Shown here piece after piece: positions 45,710 through 54,376 of a DNA stretch of 60,276 bases. The stretch is from a virus (taxonomy: Duplodnaviria; Caudoviricetes): positions 1-60,276 of the IMG/VR virus record IMGVR_UViG_3300036859_000206; one strand, given 5' to 3'. Position 1 is the first letter of the stretch, and the number at the start of each line of letters is the position of its first letter. The notes below the pieces were generated by a model. That model made no database searches, was not told the DNA's origin, and saw only the letters and a list, made by a program, of their open reading frames with translations. Both the position numbers and the translations under genes were made by a program.

Positions 45710-46360
45710 TTACGCCAAGGTTGCGGTGGCAGCCACGTAGATCCATTTACCAGCCGCGCCGCCGACGAGCACGAGGTTGTCGCCCACGTCGTTGAAGGTC
45801 GCGGTCTCGGTCGTGTGGCCGGTGACGTTGGTCAGCGCCAGCGTGCAGTCGCCGTTGTCGGTGGTCATCTCGATCACCTTCACCGCCCCGACCATGGAGG
45901 CATCTGGCGCCGCGAGCGTGTAGGCCCCGGTGCCGGTATCGGCGAGCTTGGTGAACCGCTTGACTACCGAGATCGCGCCGTCGGCGGTCAGCGTCTCGGT
46001 CTGCGCGGAGACATCGGCCGCGAGGTTGATCTCCGCCGCGGTCGCCCCGAGCGTGGTGCCCGCCGGATCCTTCAGGACGCCGTAGGTGAGGACGCCGGTC
46101 GCTGGGAGCACGAGGTCTTCGCCGGCGTCCAGGACGAGCGCCTTCGATGCCTCGCCGGTGCCGGCGGTGACGTCGAGCGCGTTGAGGACCGTGGGCGTGC
46201 CGGCCGGGGTGCCGGTGCCGACGATGCACGCGTACTCGGCGCCGTTCTCGCCCGTGCGGATAGGCGGGCCGATTGGTTCGGCCGGGAGCGCGGCCTCGAG
46301 CGCTACGGCTAGATTCTCGATCGAGTTCGCCGTGACCGGCGTGAACGCGGTAAATGCCAT
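45710..46360 (-). CDS. Putative virion-associated protein
   Basis: GGAGG RBS; Ala/Thr/Gly-rich, TAGT.EASKALVLD motif, very high GC3. Confidence 0.65.
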   Translation of the reverse strand: MAFTAFTPVTANSIENLAVALEAALPAEPIGPPIRTGENGAEYACIVGTGTPAGTPTVLNALDVTAGTGEASKALVLDAGEDLVLPATGVLTYGVLKDPAGTTLGATAAEINLAADVSAQTETLTADGAISVVKRFTKLADTGTGAYTLAAPDASMVGAVKVIEMTTDNGDCTLALTNVTGHTTETATFNDVGDNLVLVGGAAGKWIYVAATATLA

Positions 46361-46954
46361 GACTGTCCCTCCAGCCACGACGGCGTGGCGGCTGCGCGGA
46401 GGCTACAGTCAAAGCGCCTGCGGTGCAAATTGGTCGTAGCGGCCTGATCGGCTGACGATGGCTGACCTACCGTGGGTAGGAGGCTCAGCCGCTACGAGAT
46501 AGGTCACGCACTTGTGAGCAGGCGCACTCCACACGACTAGCGTAGGTCGCAACCCGCACACGCAGCTTACCACCGCGAGAAAATGGCCGTATCTGGCACC
46601 GTACGGCCCGACGGTGGAGGGTGCGATGTACCGCACCGCCAGACGATCCGCCTCACACCTTCCGCATCGGGCGGCCCGCATGCGGTGTCAGCAATCCCGA
46701 ACCCCTTTAGCTCTGGATTTTTGGTGTGAGGCGGGTCGTGTTCAGTGGCTCGTGAGGCTATTCAGTGTTGACCATCTCTGGCCGGCATGAGCAGGCTGCC
46801 CCTAGGCGCCGCTTGGCCGCTTACGCAACACCGCTGTCCACCGCAGGATAGTGAGCCAATCTCCCTACGCGCGTCGTTCAAGGCCGGCGCCATCCCGAGG
46901 TGGCCGGCTCACCTGTGCACTCGCTGTGGGGAGCAGCGATCGGGATTTTCGGTG

Positions 46955-47025
46955 AGCGGACTACAGGAATCGAACCCGTCTGAGTGGGTTGGAAGCCCAC
47001 CGCCTAACCTCTCGGCCAAGCCCGC
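46955..47025 (-). tRNA. tRNA-Gly (anticodon UCC), CCA not encoded
   Basis: GCGGGCT/AGTCCGC acceptor, GCC..GGC D arm, GTGGG-CT-TCC-AA-CCCAC, ACGGG-TTCGATT-CCTGT, U discriminator. Confidence 0.92.
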
Positions 47026-47191
47026 GTATTCGTCAGTCGGTCCGCTTCCCCTGCGCCTCCAGAAACGCCCCGAGCTTACTCTCGATCGCGCGCAGTTTGG
47101 AGTGGTGCATGTGGAGGTAGACCAGGCCGGCAGCGATGGCGATCAACACCACGACGTCGAAGATGCTCATGTGTTGCCTCCAGTGGCGACT

Positions 47192-47434
47192 TCATCGATT
47201 CTTCGCGCGAGACTTTGATGCCATCTTGTTGCGTTTGCGGTTCTTCTCTTTCTTGCGGACGCCAGCCGCCCAACGCGCTAGCTTGCCGCCAGACTTCAGG
47301 CTCAGCATAGCCGATTTCTCCCCGCGGAGCTTCTTGACGGCGGCCGATCGCAGTTCTGCCGGAAGCGGCAGGAAACCGCTGCGATCCGTGAGCGTGGTGA
47401 TGTCCGCAACAACTTCGCCACTATGCGGGTTCAT
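47192..47434 (-). CDS. Hypothetical basic protein
   Basis: MNPHSGE...RKRNKMASKSRAKNR; ATGA overlap. Confidence 0.6.
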   Translation of the reverse strand: MNPHSGEVVADITTLTDRSGFLPLPAELRSAAVKKLRGEKSAMLSLKSGGKLARWAAGVRKKEKNRKRNKMASKSRAKNR

Positions 47435-47820
47435 GCCGGCGTCGTCCCGCGCGCCAACCGCTCCTTCAACGCGTACCCGAGCAAGCTCCAGCACTTCCCC
47501 ACCGCATTCTGCCGCGCAATCTTCCGCCCGAGCTCCGCGTCGAAATTCTCGGGCGATGCACAGGCGGATTCGCCGGTGACCGTGAAGCCGTTGGTCAGCA
47601 CCAGCACACAGAACGTCAGCAGAGACAGTGGTCCCTCCACCTCGTCGTCCGTGTGGCGCACGATCCGGTATCCGCCGGTGATCTCCTTCACGCGACGCAC
47701 GGCCTCGTCCGCGGTGAAATACACCTCTGCGCAGATCGCCGCCTCGATGTCCGCCACCGTCACCCGCGGCGCCACCAGCCCCTTCGCCACGATTTCCTCT
47801 TCGATGCTTACGTGGGTCAT
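47431..47820 (-). CDS. N4 Gp49/Sf6 gp66-family protein (possible Acb4-type nucleotide sponge)
   Basis: APRVTVADIEAAI...LTFCVLVLTNGFTVTGESACASPENFDAELGRKIA...W.LLGYALK; GGAG RBS. Confidence 0.85.
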   Translation of the reverse strand: MTHVSIEEEIVAKGLVAPRVTVADIEAAICAEVYFTADEAVRRVKEITGGYRIVRHTDDEVEGPLSLLTFCVLVLTNGFTVTGESACASPENFDAELGRKIARQNAVGKCWSLLGYALKERLARGTTPA

Positions 47821-48046
47821 TTCTGGTCTCCGTTTATGCCACGAATTTACGCGCCGCCTTCCCAGCCGTACCCAACATCTGATCGAACGCCTCGTGCACA
47901 GCGCGCCCGACGATCTGCTCAGAGTCAGCGCGTCGCATCGCGCGCGCAATCACCGCATGATCCGACAGCGCGTACGTGTGCCGCACTTCCTCGGTGAAAT
48001 CCGTCCGGATCATCCGCAGATGGATCAGCGTGCGCGAACCGGCGGC

Positions 48047-48370
48047 TCATGTCGCGCCTCCCGGCCCGACGCGCTTCGGCCACGTCCGCAACTCCTCGTC
48101 GCGCGCCGCGGCCAGTGCAGGCAGCGCATCTCGGAACGCTGTCCATCGCTCGATCATGAACTGCGCCAACTCCTGGGTCTCAGCCAGCGAGAGATATTCT
48201 TCTGGCTCACTGTACGGGCCTCGATCAACGATCGTCGAAATCCTGCCGTCCGTGCCGTAGCCAACTGGCGAGTACGAGAAATCATCCACGTCCAGTCCGA
48301 CGGTCGGCCCGAACGCATACACCCGCTTCCCGGTGCTGAACACCAGTTCGTCGCCGACTACGCTAACCAT
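48047..48370 (-). CDS. Hypothetical phage protein
   Basis: GGAGGGAG RBS; FSTGKR.YA...GYGTDG...ELAQFMIERW. Confidence 0.65.
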   Translation of the reverse strand: MVSVVGDELVFSTGKRVYAFGPTVGLDVDDFSYSPVGYGTDGRISTIVDRGPYSEPEEYLSLAETQELAQFMIERWTAFRDALPALAAARDEELRTWPKRVGPGGAT

Positions 48371-48860
48371 GCCGCTCCCTCCCCAATCTCTGCGCCGACA
48401 ACCCGATCGCAGCGACCGTCTCCATCTCCAGCGCGTACCACCACGGGCAGATCCACATCCACCACGGACGGCGCTTCGCGATCCAGTCGAGCGTTCGGTC
48501 CAGCTCCCGGTCGAACTCATCATCGGGCGGCCACAGCGGCCCCAACCGAGTCAGGCCGTCATCACGGGCGAGCCTGCCGCGGTCACTCACGTCACGCATC
48601 GTCCTCTCCCGCACTCACCCGCCGCCTCATCTCCGCCTCCACCGCGCGCCGCAACGTCGCGACATACCGCTTGCACGTCCGGTAATCCATCGCCGGGAAT
48701 TCCTCCCACACGGCAGCCGCCTTCACCGGGGACATCCCGTACCGTAGGGCTATGGCCATGGCGAGCTCGGTGGGGGATCTCCCGTCCTGACGGCGGCCGA
48801 CCGTCACGCGCGACGCTCCAACTCACCACCGCGCTGACCGACCTGCGTGACCATCGGACG

Positions 48861-48911
48861 TGTCCCCCAACGTGAGGGACGGATATTATCCTTGGGGACA
48901 GAGACTGTCAA
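48861..48911 (-). promoter_or_regulatory. Sigma70-like promoter with flanking inverted repeat, heading the long leftward operon
   Basis: TTGACA-17-TAATAT; TGTCCCCCAA / TTGGGGACA inverted repeat around the -10. Confidence 0.65.
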
Positions 48912-49432
48912 CTACCGGGGAACCTTCGAGACCGGTATGTGGAGTCCGTTTTGGGGCACACCCGCCCAGCAGGAGGTAATTTCCCTTGCAACGTATCCCC
49001 CCGGGGGTGGTGGTCCGGATTTTCAGGCCCCCTCATCGTGGCACCGCGGTCAGCGCAGCACGGGACCGCCAAGGATCACGTAGCCACCGCACAGCATGGC
49101 GAGGCCAACGAATACCCAGCCTTGCGGCCACCAGGCGAGTGCACCAGGCACGCGGGCAGCCTCGAGCTGCGAGCACACGACGGCGAGGATGATGAACACT
49201 GCGGACACGGTAAGCATGGTGGCGCCCTCGAATCGATCGGGAGCACAGCGTGCGCGTGGCTGGCTGAACGATCGGGATGTGGGGTGCGGGGTAGGTAGTG
49301 GGCGTCGTCCGCGTGAGCTATAGGGCCGCCGGTTCGGCCGATAGTCAAACGAACGTTTAACCTGAACGACGCATCAATCGGATGGCCATCAAACCCGCAT
49401 GGCGACTACGTTTGCGGCATGTTTGGCGCGCG

Positions 49433-49460
49433 AAAAGACATAATAAAGGTTATGCGCACA
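49433..49460 (-). other. dif-like XerC/XerD recombination site
   Basis: TGTGCGCATAA-CCTTTA-TTATGTCTTTT versus E. coli dif GGTGCGCATAA-TGTATA-TTATGTTAAAT; non-coding context. Confidence 0.6.
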
Positions 49461-49959
49461 GCCTTACGAATCAATGGCTTGCAGCACCGGAAACGGAAAT
49501 TCGCCTATCGTGGCGGCAACGTGCTCGGCGCGAGTTCGGGCGCGGCTCGAGCCCGCAACCCCATCTGCATCGCGTCTGGGAGCCACGGCCCCGTCATGGG
49601 CGGGTCGCCTATCCAGTCAATCGAGCCATCGGCCGCCATAACTACCACGTGCTGGACGTGACTAAGATCCGCCCAGCGCTCGGGCGGGACCGGATGCAGC
49701 GCCGAATGGCGCCAGTAGAGCCGGGCGCGCTTGTAGACGTACCGCATCCCGAGCTCTACACCCTCTGGCTTGATTAGGCGCGTGATCTTCCGCTGGCGCC
49801 CACCGTGCACCACGTCAATCACGCGCTGCTCCGTCCATGCCATTCGTCCTGCCATGCGGCGAGCGTACCGCACGTGCGCATGCGTGCGTAACCCCCGGTT
49901 GGGAGGGGTGGGCGATTGGGGATAGGAAACCGTCTCTTTTCCCCCACAATCGCCGCATA

Positions 49960-50165
49960 GTCACCTTACATCACATCATTTTCGCCCATCACATGACTCA
50001 CACAACCTAAAATCACAACCTAAGTGTATGTTCTCACTAACATTACATCTTATTAGTCTCACGTATATATAGGAAAACAGTAAGAGTAGGTATCAGCCGC
50101 ATACGCACTCACTGTAATCAGGGGGTTTATCATCACGACCTCCGAGGTTGTAAGGTTGTGAGGAA
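49960..50165. other. Putative replication origin (AT-rich core with CACAACC direct and inverted repeats)
   Basis: CACAACC at 50001 and 50014, CACGACC 50134, GGTTGT 50146, GGTTGTG 50154; CATCAC repeats; TATATATA core. Confidence 0.5.
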
Positions 50166-50212
50166 TGGCGACGAACGGCATGTTTGCCCAGACAAACGGT
50201 AAGATGGCGTAG

Positions 50213-50241
50213 TTGACTTACAATCATCGCACGCTGATACT
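50213..50241 (+). promoter_or_regulatory. Sigma70-like promoter
   Basis: TTGACT-17-GATACT upstream of AAGGA RBS and ATG 50273. Confidence 0.6.
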
Positions 50242-50272
50242 GTGTCCATAGCACGAACGGAAAGGACACAAC

Positions 50273-50716
50273 ATGGCACGCCCGAAGTCATCGTTAGAGC
50301 GCATAGTGCTCCGCTTGGCGCCTGATCTGTGCACTGAAATGCGCGCGGAATCGGCTCGTTTGTCGCTCACATTGAGCGCCTATGTCTCGCTGCGGTTGCG
50401 TGAAGAGATAAAACCGCCGCGCGTTGCGAAGCCTGAGAAGGTCAAGGTGACACCATATCGGCCGGTCGTCGGCGAGCGCGTCAACGAGCTGATACATGGG
50501 TTTGGCACCGTCGTGAAGCTCTCGAACACGGCCATGCTCGTCGATTTTGACCGGCATGGGACCGTGAGCTACCGGTTAGGCGACAGGCGGATTGAAGCCG
50601 CTCCAGACGCGCCCCCGGTTCCTGTTCGCGCACCGTTGCCAGGCGATCCGCCGAGCGTAACGGCAGCGCGCGCAGCTCTCGCGCAGGGCCAGTGCAACAG
50701 CGATACCCAGCCATAA
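50273..50716 (+). CDS. RHH (Arc-like) regulator fused to a Tudor/SH3-like domain
   Basis: RIVLRLAPDL...AESARL.LTLSAYV; VGERV....HGFGTVV......VDFD. Confidence 0.6.
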   Translation: MARPKSSLERIVLRLAPDLCTEMRAESARLSLTLSAYVSLRLREEIKPPRVAKPEKVKVTPYRPVVGERVNELIHGFGTVVKLSNTAMLVDFDRHGTVSYRLGDRRIEAAPDAPPVPVRAPLPGDPPSVTAARAALAQGQCNSDTQP

Positions 50717-50905
50717 CCCGCTGTAGCTCGTCCCAGCCGCTTCACGTAGGCGGCTGGAGCGAGCGACCGCTCGATAACAGGATAGGGGAACACCATGGCA
50801 ATGAAGCGTAATAACTCCCGCCCGGTCATCGTCTGCACCGAGCACCTATGCGGCGGCGATACCGACCAACCGGCGCCTCCCGGCCATGAGGGGCAGGACA
50901 AGACG

Positions 50906-51175
50906 ATGACCGCGACGATCAACTACACGACCAAGTACGGCAATTTCACACTGGCCGATGGTCGCATCGTGACGCTCACGCAGCAGGCATGGCGCGACAA
51001 CAACGCCTCAGGCGAGGCAGCGTGGTTCGCCAACGGCTACCTCGGCGACGACGAGGATGAGTCCGTAGTCGTGCAGTGGGAGAGCTTGGGCACCGATACC
51101 GGGGACGACTCCGACGATGCGGATTGGACGCTCCCCGTGTCGATCAAGCACTACGCCCTCGGGGAGTTGCTGTGA
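50906..51175 (+). CDS. Hypothetical acidic protein
   Basis: AGGA RBS; MTATINYTT. Confidence 0.55.
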   Translation: MTATINYTTKYGNFTLADGRIVTLTQQAWRDNNASGEAAWFANGYLGDDEDESVVVQWESLGTDTGDDSDDADWTLPVSIKHYALGELL

Positions 51176-51336
51176 TGACCTACACCTATCGGACCGACGC
51201 CGCCCACAGCGAGCAATCAACGCAGCTGTCGCCGATCACGAATGGGGGCATGAGCCCCGCTCTGCTACGGGCTAGCGCGCACGATGCTGCGCAGCTGGAC
51301 GGTTCAGTGCGGCAGCGATACCGAGAGGGATGAGAA

Positions 51337-51801
51337 ATGACACATCAATCGCAGCTCCCGCCGCGCGAGAACAAGTTCCACTCCGGCAACGGCGCAGACG
51401 GCAAGCATTATTGGATCACGCCGCCAGAAGTGTACGCGGCGCTCAACGCAGAATTCTCGTTCGACTTCGATCCGTGCCCATATCCGTTGCCGCAAGGATT
51501 CGACGGGCTTACGTGCGCGTGTGGCGCGTCGTCTTACGTCAATCCGCCGTTCGGTTCGATCATCCATGAGGGACGCAAGAAAGGCCCGACAGCATGGGCG
51601 CGCAAGGCCATCGCCGAATTCAAGCAAGGCAAGCGCGTCGTGCTGGTCTACCCGATCGACAAGTGGGTTCTCATGCTGCTCGACGCCGGCGCCACTGTGC
51701 GCAATCTCGGCAACGTGCGATGGCTCGCGACCGAAGACGGATCAGCGGGCAAGGGAACCGGCCGGCACATCGCCTGCTTCATTCTGGACCCGCAGTCATG
51801 A
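51337..51801 (+). CDS. Phage N6-adenine DNA methyltransferase (short Dam-like)
   Basis: WITPPEVYAALNAEFSFDFDPC..., DGL, YVNPPF. Confidence 0.82.
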   Translation: MTHQSQLPPRENKFHSGNGADGKHYWITPPEVYAALNAEFSFDFDPCPYPLPQGFDGLTCACGASSYVNPPFGSIIHEGRKKGPTAWARKAIAEFKQGKRVVLVYPIDKWVLMLLDAGATVRNLGNVRWLATEDGSAGKGTGRHIACFILDPQS

Positions 51802-52007
51802 CCACCACAGCCAACGTCAAACGCTACCGCGAACGCCACGACCTGGTGCCCGTAACCCTATGGTGGCCGCGCGAACTGGTCGCCGAGCTTGATGCTGCGC
51901 TCGCGAAGTTCAACGTCACCCGCACGAAGGGGCTGCGCACGATGGTCGAGCGGCGGCTGCGGGAGCTGCGGGCCAGTGCGGCAGCGATACCGCCGTCAGA
52001 AGGGTAG
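51798..52007 (+). CDS. Small RHH-like protein
   Basis: KRYRER...VTLWWPRELVAELD. Confidence 0.5.
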   Translation: MTTTANVKRYRERHDLVPVTLWWPRELVAELDAALAKFNVTRTKGLRTMVERRLRELRASAAAIPPSEG

Positions 52008-53645
52008 ATCGCCGTCGTCCGCCGCCGGCTGCACGAGCGCGAGCTGGTCCTCGGGCACCCAGAACCGTTCGCTGCGGCCGTCCTTCCACACGGTCTCGCT
52101 GCGCCATCCCAGCGCACGCAGGCAGCGACCGGCGCGCATCTGCTCGGCGCGGCCCTGCTTAGCGAAGTCCATCTCGAGCGCGTTCCTGAGCATCTCCCCG
52201 ATCCGTACAGACGTGCGGCCGGCGAGGTAGGACGTTATGGGCCCCTCCCAAGAGTCGTGCGCTCGGCGGGATTCTTGCTCGCGCTTGGCGTCCTCCTTCG
52301 GCACGACCCACCAGAGCTTGTTCACACGCAGCTCGGCGATAGCCTCCGCGAACAACTGGTCGCGATTGGCGCGGATCCAATGAAGGTCGATCGTCCCGCA
52401 CTTGATCGGGTAGAACCGCCGGGCCCCCGTCTCGTCGCGGTTCCAATCGTCGTGATTGGTCGACCCGGAGAAGACGCACATGCGCGGATGGTCGTTCGTG
52501 TGGCGCCCGTAGGGGGAGCGATACCGATCCGAGCAGCACGAGATCTTCCCCTTGATCTGCGTGACCTCCGCGGCGCTGAAAGCGTGCATCTCGCCGATCT
52601 CGACGAGCATCTTCCCGCCCAGCACTTCGTAGAAGTCCTTGCCGCGAATCTCGTCGTGGAACTCAGCGAACCACTTGCCGCCGATGATCGAGAGCGCGGT
52701 CGACTTGAAGATGCCCTGCGCGCCCTCGAACACCGGCATGTTGTCGGCCTTGCACCCAGGCTTCAGCACGCGCTTGCACATAGCGCACAGCCAGTACACG
52801 GCCACGGCTTGCGTGTAGGCGTTGGAGACCGAGCCGAACCCGCGGCTCATGAGCTCTCGTAGGCGCTTGGTGCCATCCCACTTGAGCGACAGCATCCACT
52901 CGCGGCACTCGTTGCGCTTGCGACCGAAGGCGACAGCGATAACACCGTGGCGCATGGACTCGACGGACATCTTCCCGATCGCGAGCGCGCGCTGCACGAA
53001 CAGCGCCAGGCGGATGTCGTCGTCGTCACGCCACTCGCGCGGCTGGTCGGAGTCCCACGTCGTGAGGATCCGCTGGAGAAACTCGTCGTACCAAATCTTT
53101 CCGGCCAGCGCCGGATGGTTCTCGATGATCGCGGCGGCGTTGTTGAGGTTGGGCAGCGGGATGCCGGCGTTGTTGAGCTTCAGGCCCAGCGACTCCCAGC
53201 CGACGTACCCGAGGCCGGTGTTCTCCGTACTCGGTATTAAGTCAACTGACCCATCAGCGCATGCCTCGTCGTGCGAACTGACAGGCGGTAGCGGTTCGTT
53301 GACCGGCGGCTTGCGTGAGCGGCGTGCGCGAGGCTGCCTAGGAGGCCCTGTGGGCGCCGCTGGTTCCGGCGTGGCCGCAGGTATGGCCGGCTGCGAGATC
53401 GCTTGCTGGGCGGCTGGAGCGGCGGGCGGCGGATGGTGTTGGCCGTTGGCCTTGCCGTTGGGTTTCGGCGGCCGATAGTCCGGATGCGTCGGATCGTCGA
53501 GCGGTGGGGCAACGTAGAGGCGCACTCGAGCGCGATACCAGGCAATGATCGCCGCCGTGTCGCCCTTGAGCTCGGCCACGAGGTCCGCGGCGTCGTAGCC
53601 TGGGGGGAGGCCGGAGGTGTCTATCCACCTGATTTCAGTGGTCAC
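51996..53645 (-). CDS. VapE/VirE-family P-loop helicase with an N-terminal TOPRIM-tail fragment
   Basis: LKWDG.KRL, PGCKADNMPVFEGAQGIFKST, EIGEM, RYRSPYGR, GSTN, DETGARRF; N-terminus EIRWID...PPGYDAAD; GTGA start. Confidence 0.9.
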   Translation of the reverse strand: MTTEIRWIDTSGLPPGYDAADLVAELKGDTAAIIAWYRARVRLYVAPPLDDPTHPDYRPPKPNGKANGQHHPPPAAPAAQQAISQPAIPAATPEPAAPTGPPRQPRARRSRKPPVNEPLPPVSSHDEACADGSVDLIPSTENTGLGYVGWESLGLKLNNAGIPLPNLNNAAAIIENHPALAGKIWYDEFLQRILTTWDSDQPREWRDDDDIRLALFVQRALAIGKMSVESMRHGVIAVAFGRKRNECREWMLSLKWDGTKRLRELMSRGFGSVSNAYTQAVAVYWLCAMCKRVLKPGCKADNMPVFEGAQGIFKSTALSIIGGKWFAEFHDEIRGKDFYEVLGGKMLVEIGEMHAFSAAEVTQIKGKISCCSDRYRSPYGRHTNDHPRMCVFSGSTNHDDWNRDETGARRFYPIKCGTIDLHWIRANRDQLFAEAIAELRVNKLWWVVPKEDAKREQESRRAHDSWEGPITSYLAGRTSVRIGEMLRNALEMDFAKQGRAEQMRAGRCLRALGWRSETVWKDGRSERFWVPEDQLALVQPAADDGDLPF

Positions 53646-54277
53646 GCGCAGGCGCCCCACTGCTCGGCCATCGCGTCGGCGATGCCTTGGAACGTGCGCG
53701 AACGCTCACGCTGGCGATTTGGACCGGGCGCCAGCCGATGAAGGCGGCTGCTGATCCGGCCAGGCTTCTTGCCACCCCCGCGCGTCTGGTCTGGAACAAC
53801 GACGTTCGTCGGTTGCAGCGGCGGCAGGCCGCGCAGCCACAGGCACGTGCTTTTCCACTCCGGCTCGCCGAACTGCCACGGCTGGATGATCTGGTCCGGC
53901 TTGCGCCACGCGCTCGAGAGATGGCCGATAGGGTTCTCGATCGCGACGCGCGGTATACGCGCGGCCCACAGGTCGAGAACGAAATGGACGGCCAGATAGC
54001 GCGCTTGCTGCCGCGTCGGATTGCCCTTCAGCCAGCGTTCGCCGCTGTTCGCGAGATACGTGCAAGGCGGATGGGCGATCATCAGGTCGAACTCGTACGC
54101 TGGATCGCGCAGGAGCTCGAGGACATCGCCTTGGTAGTGCCCATCCCAGCCATCCGGCCGTTCAGTCTCTGACGGCTCGAGGTCGCAGCTGATCGCATCG
54201 TGGCCAGCGCGCACGAAAGCGTTGCGCACCACGCCCGAGAATTCGCAGGCGACTAGGACTCTGAGAGATTTCGGCAC
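53642..54277 (-). CDS. Phage DNA cytosine methyltransferase-like protein
   Basis: RVLVACEFSG, HPPCTYL (PC catalytic), IENP, QPWQFG, RSRTFQGIADAMAEQWG; GGAGG RBS. Confidence 0.82.
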   Translation of the reverse strand: MPKSLRVLVACEFSGVVRNAFVRAGHDAISCDLEPSETERPDGWDGHYQGDVLELLRDPAYEFDLMIAHPPCTYLANSGERWLKGNPTRQQARYLAVHFVLDLWAARIPRVAIENPIGHLSSAWRKPDQIIQPWQFGEPEWKSTCLWLRGLPPLQPTNVVVPDQTRGGGKKPGRISSRLHRLAPGPNRQRERSRTFQGIADAMAEQWGACA

Positions 54278-54376
54278 GTCGCCTCCGCAGGCGGGTTTAG
54301 GTGCGGCCGACCGAGCGGGTTGCGGACCCCACTCGGCCGACCGCGGTTGTTGCCGACTCGGCGCCGGCGACCTGAA

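Noticed and set aside
48990-49030. CCCCCCGGGGG palindrome as cos/pac site
   Set aside because: Cannot be supported without read-terminus data; far from terS.
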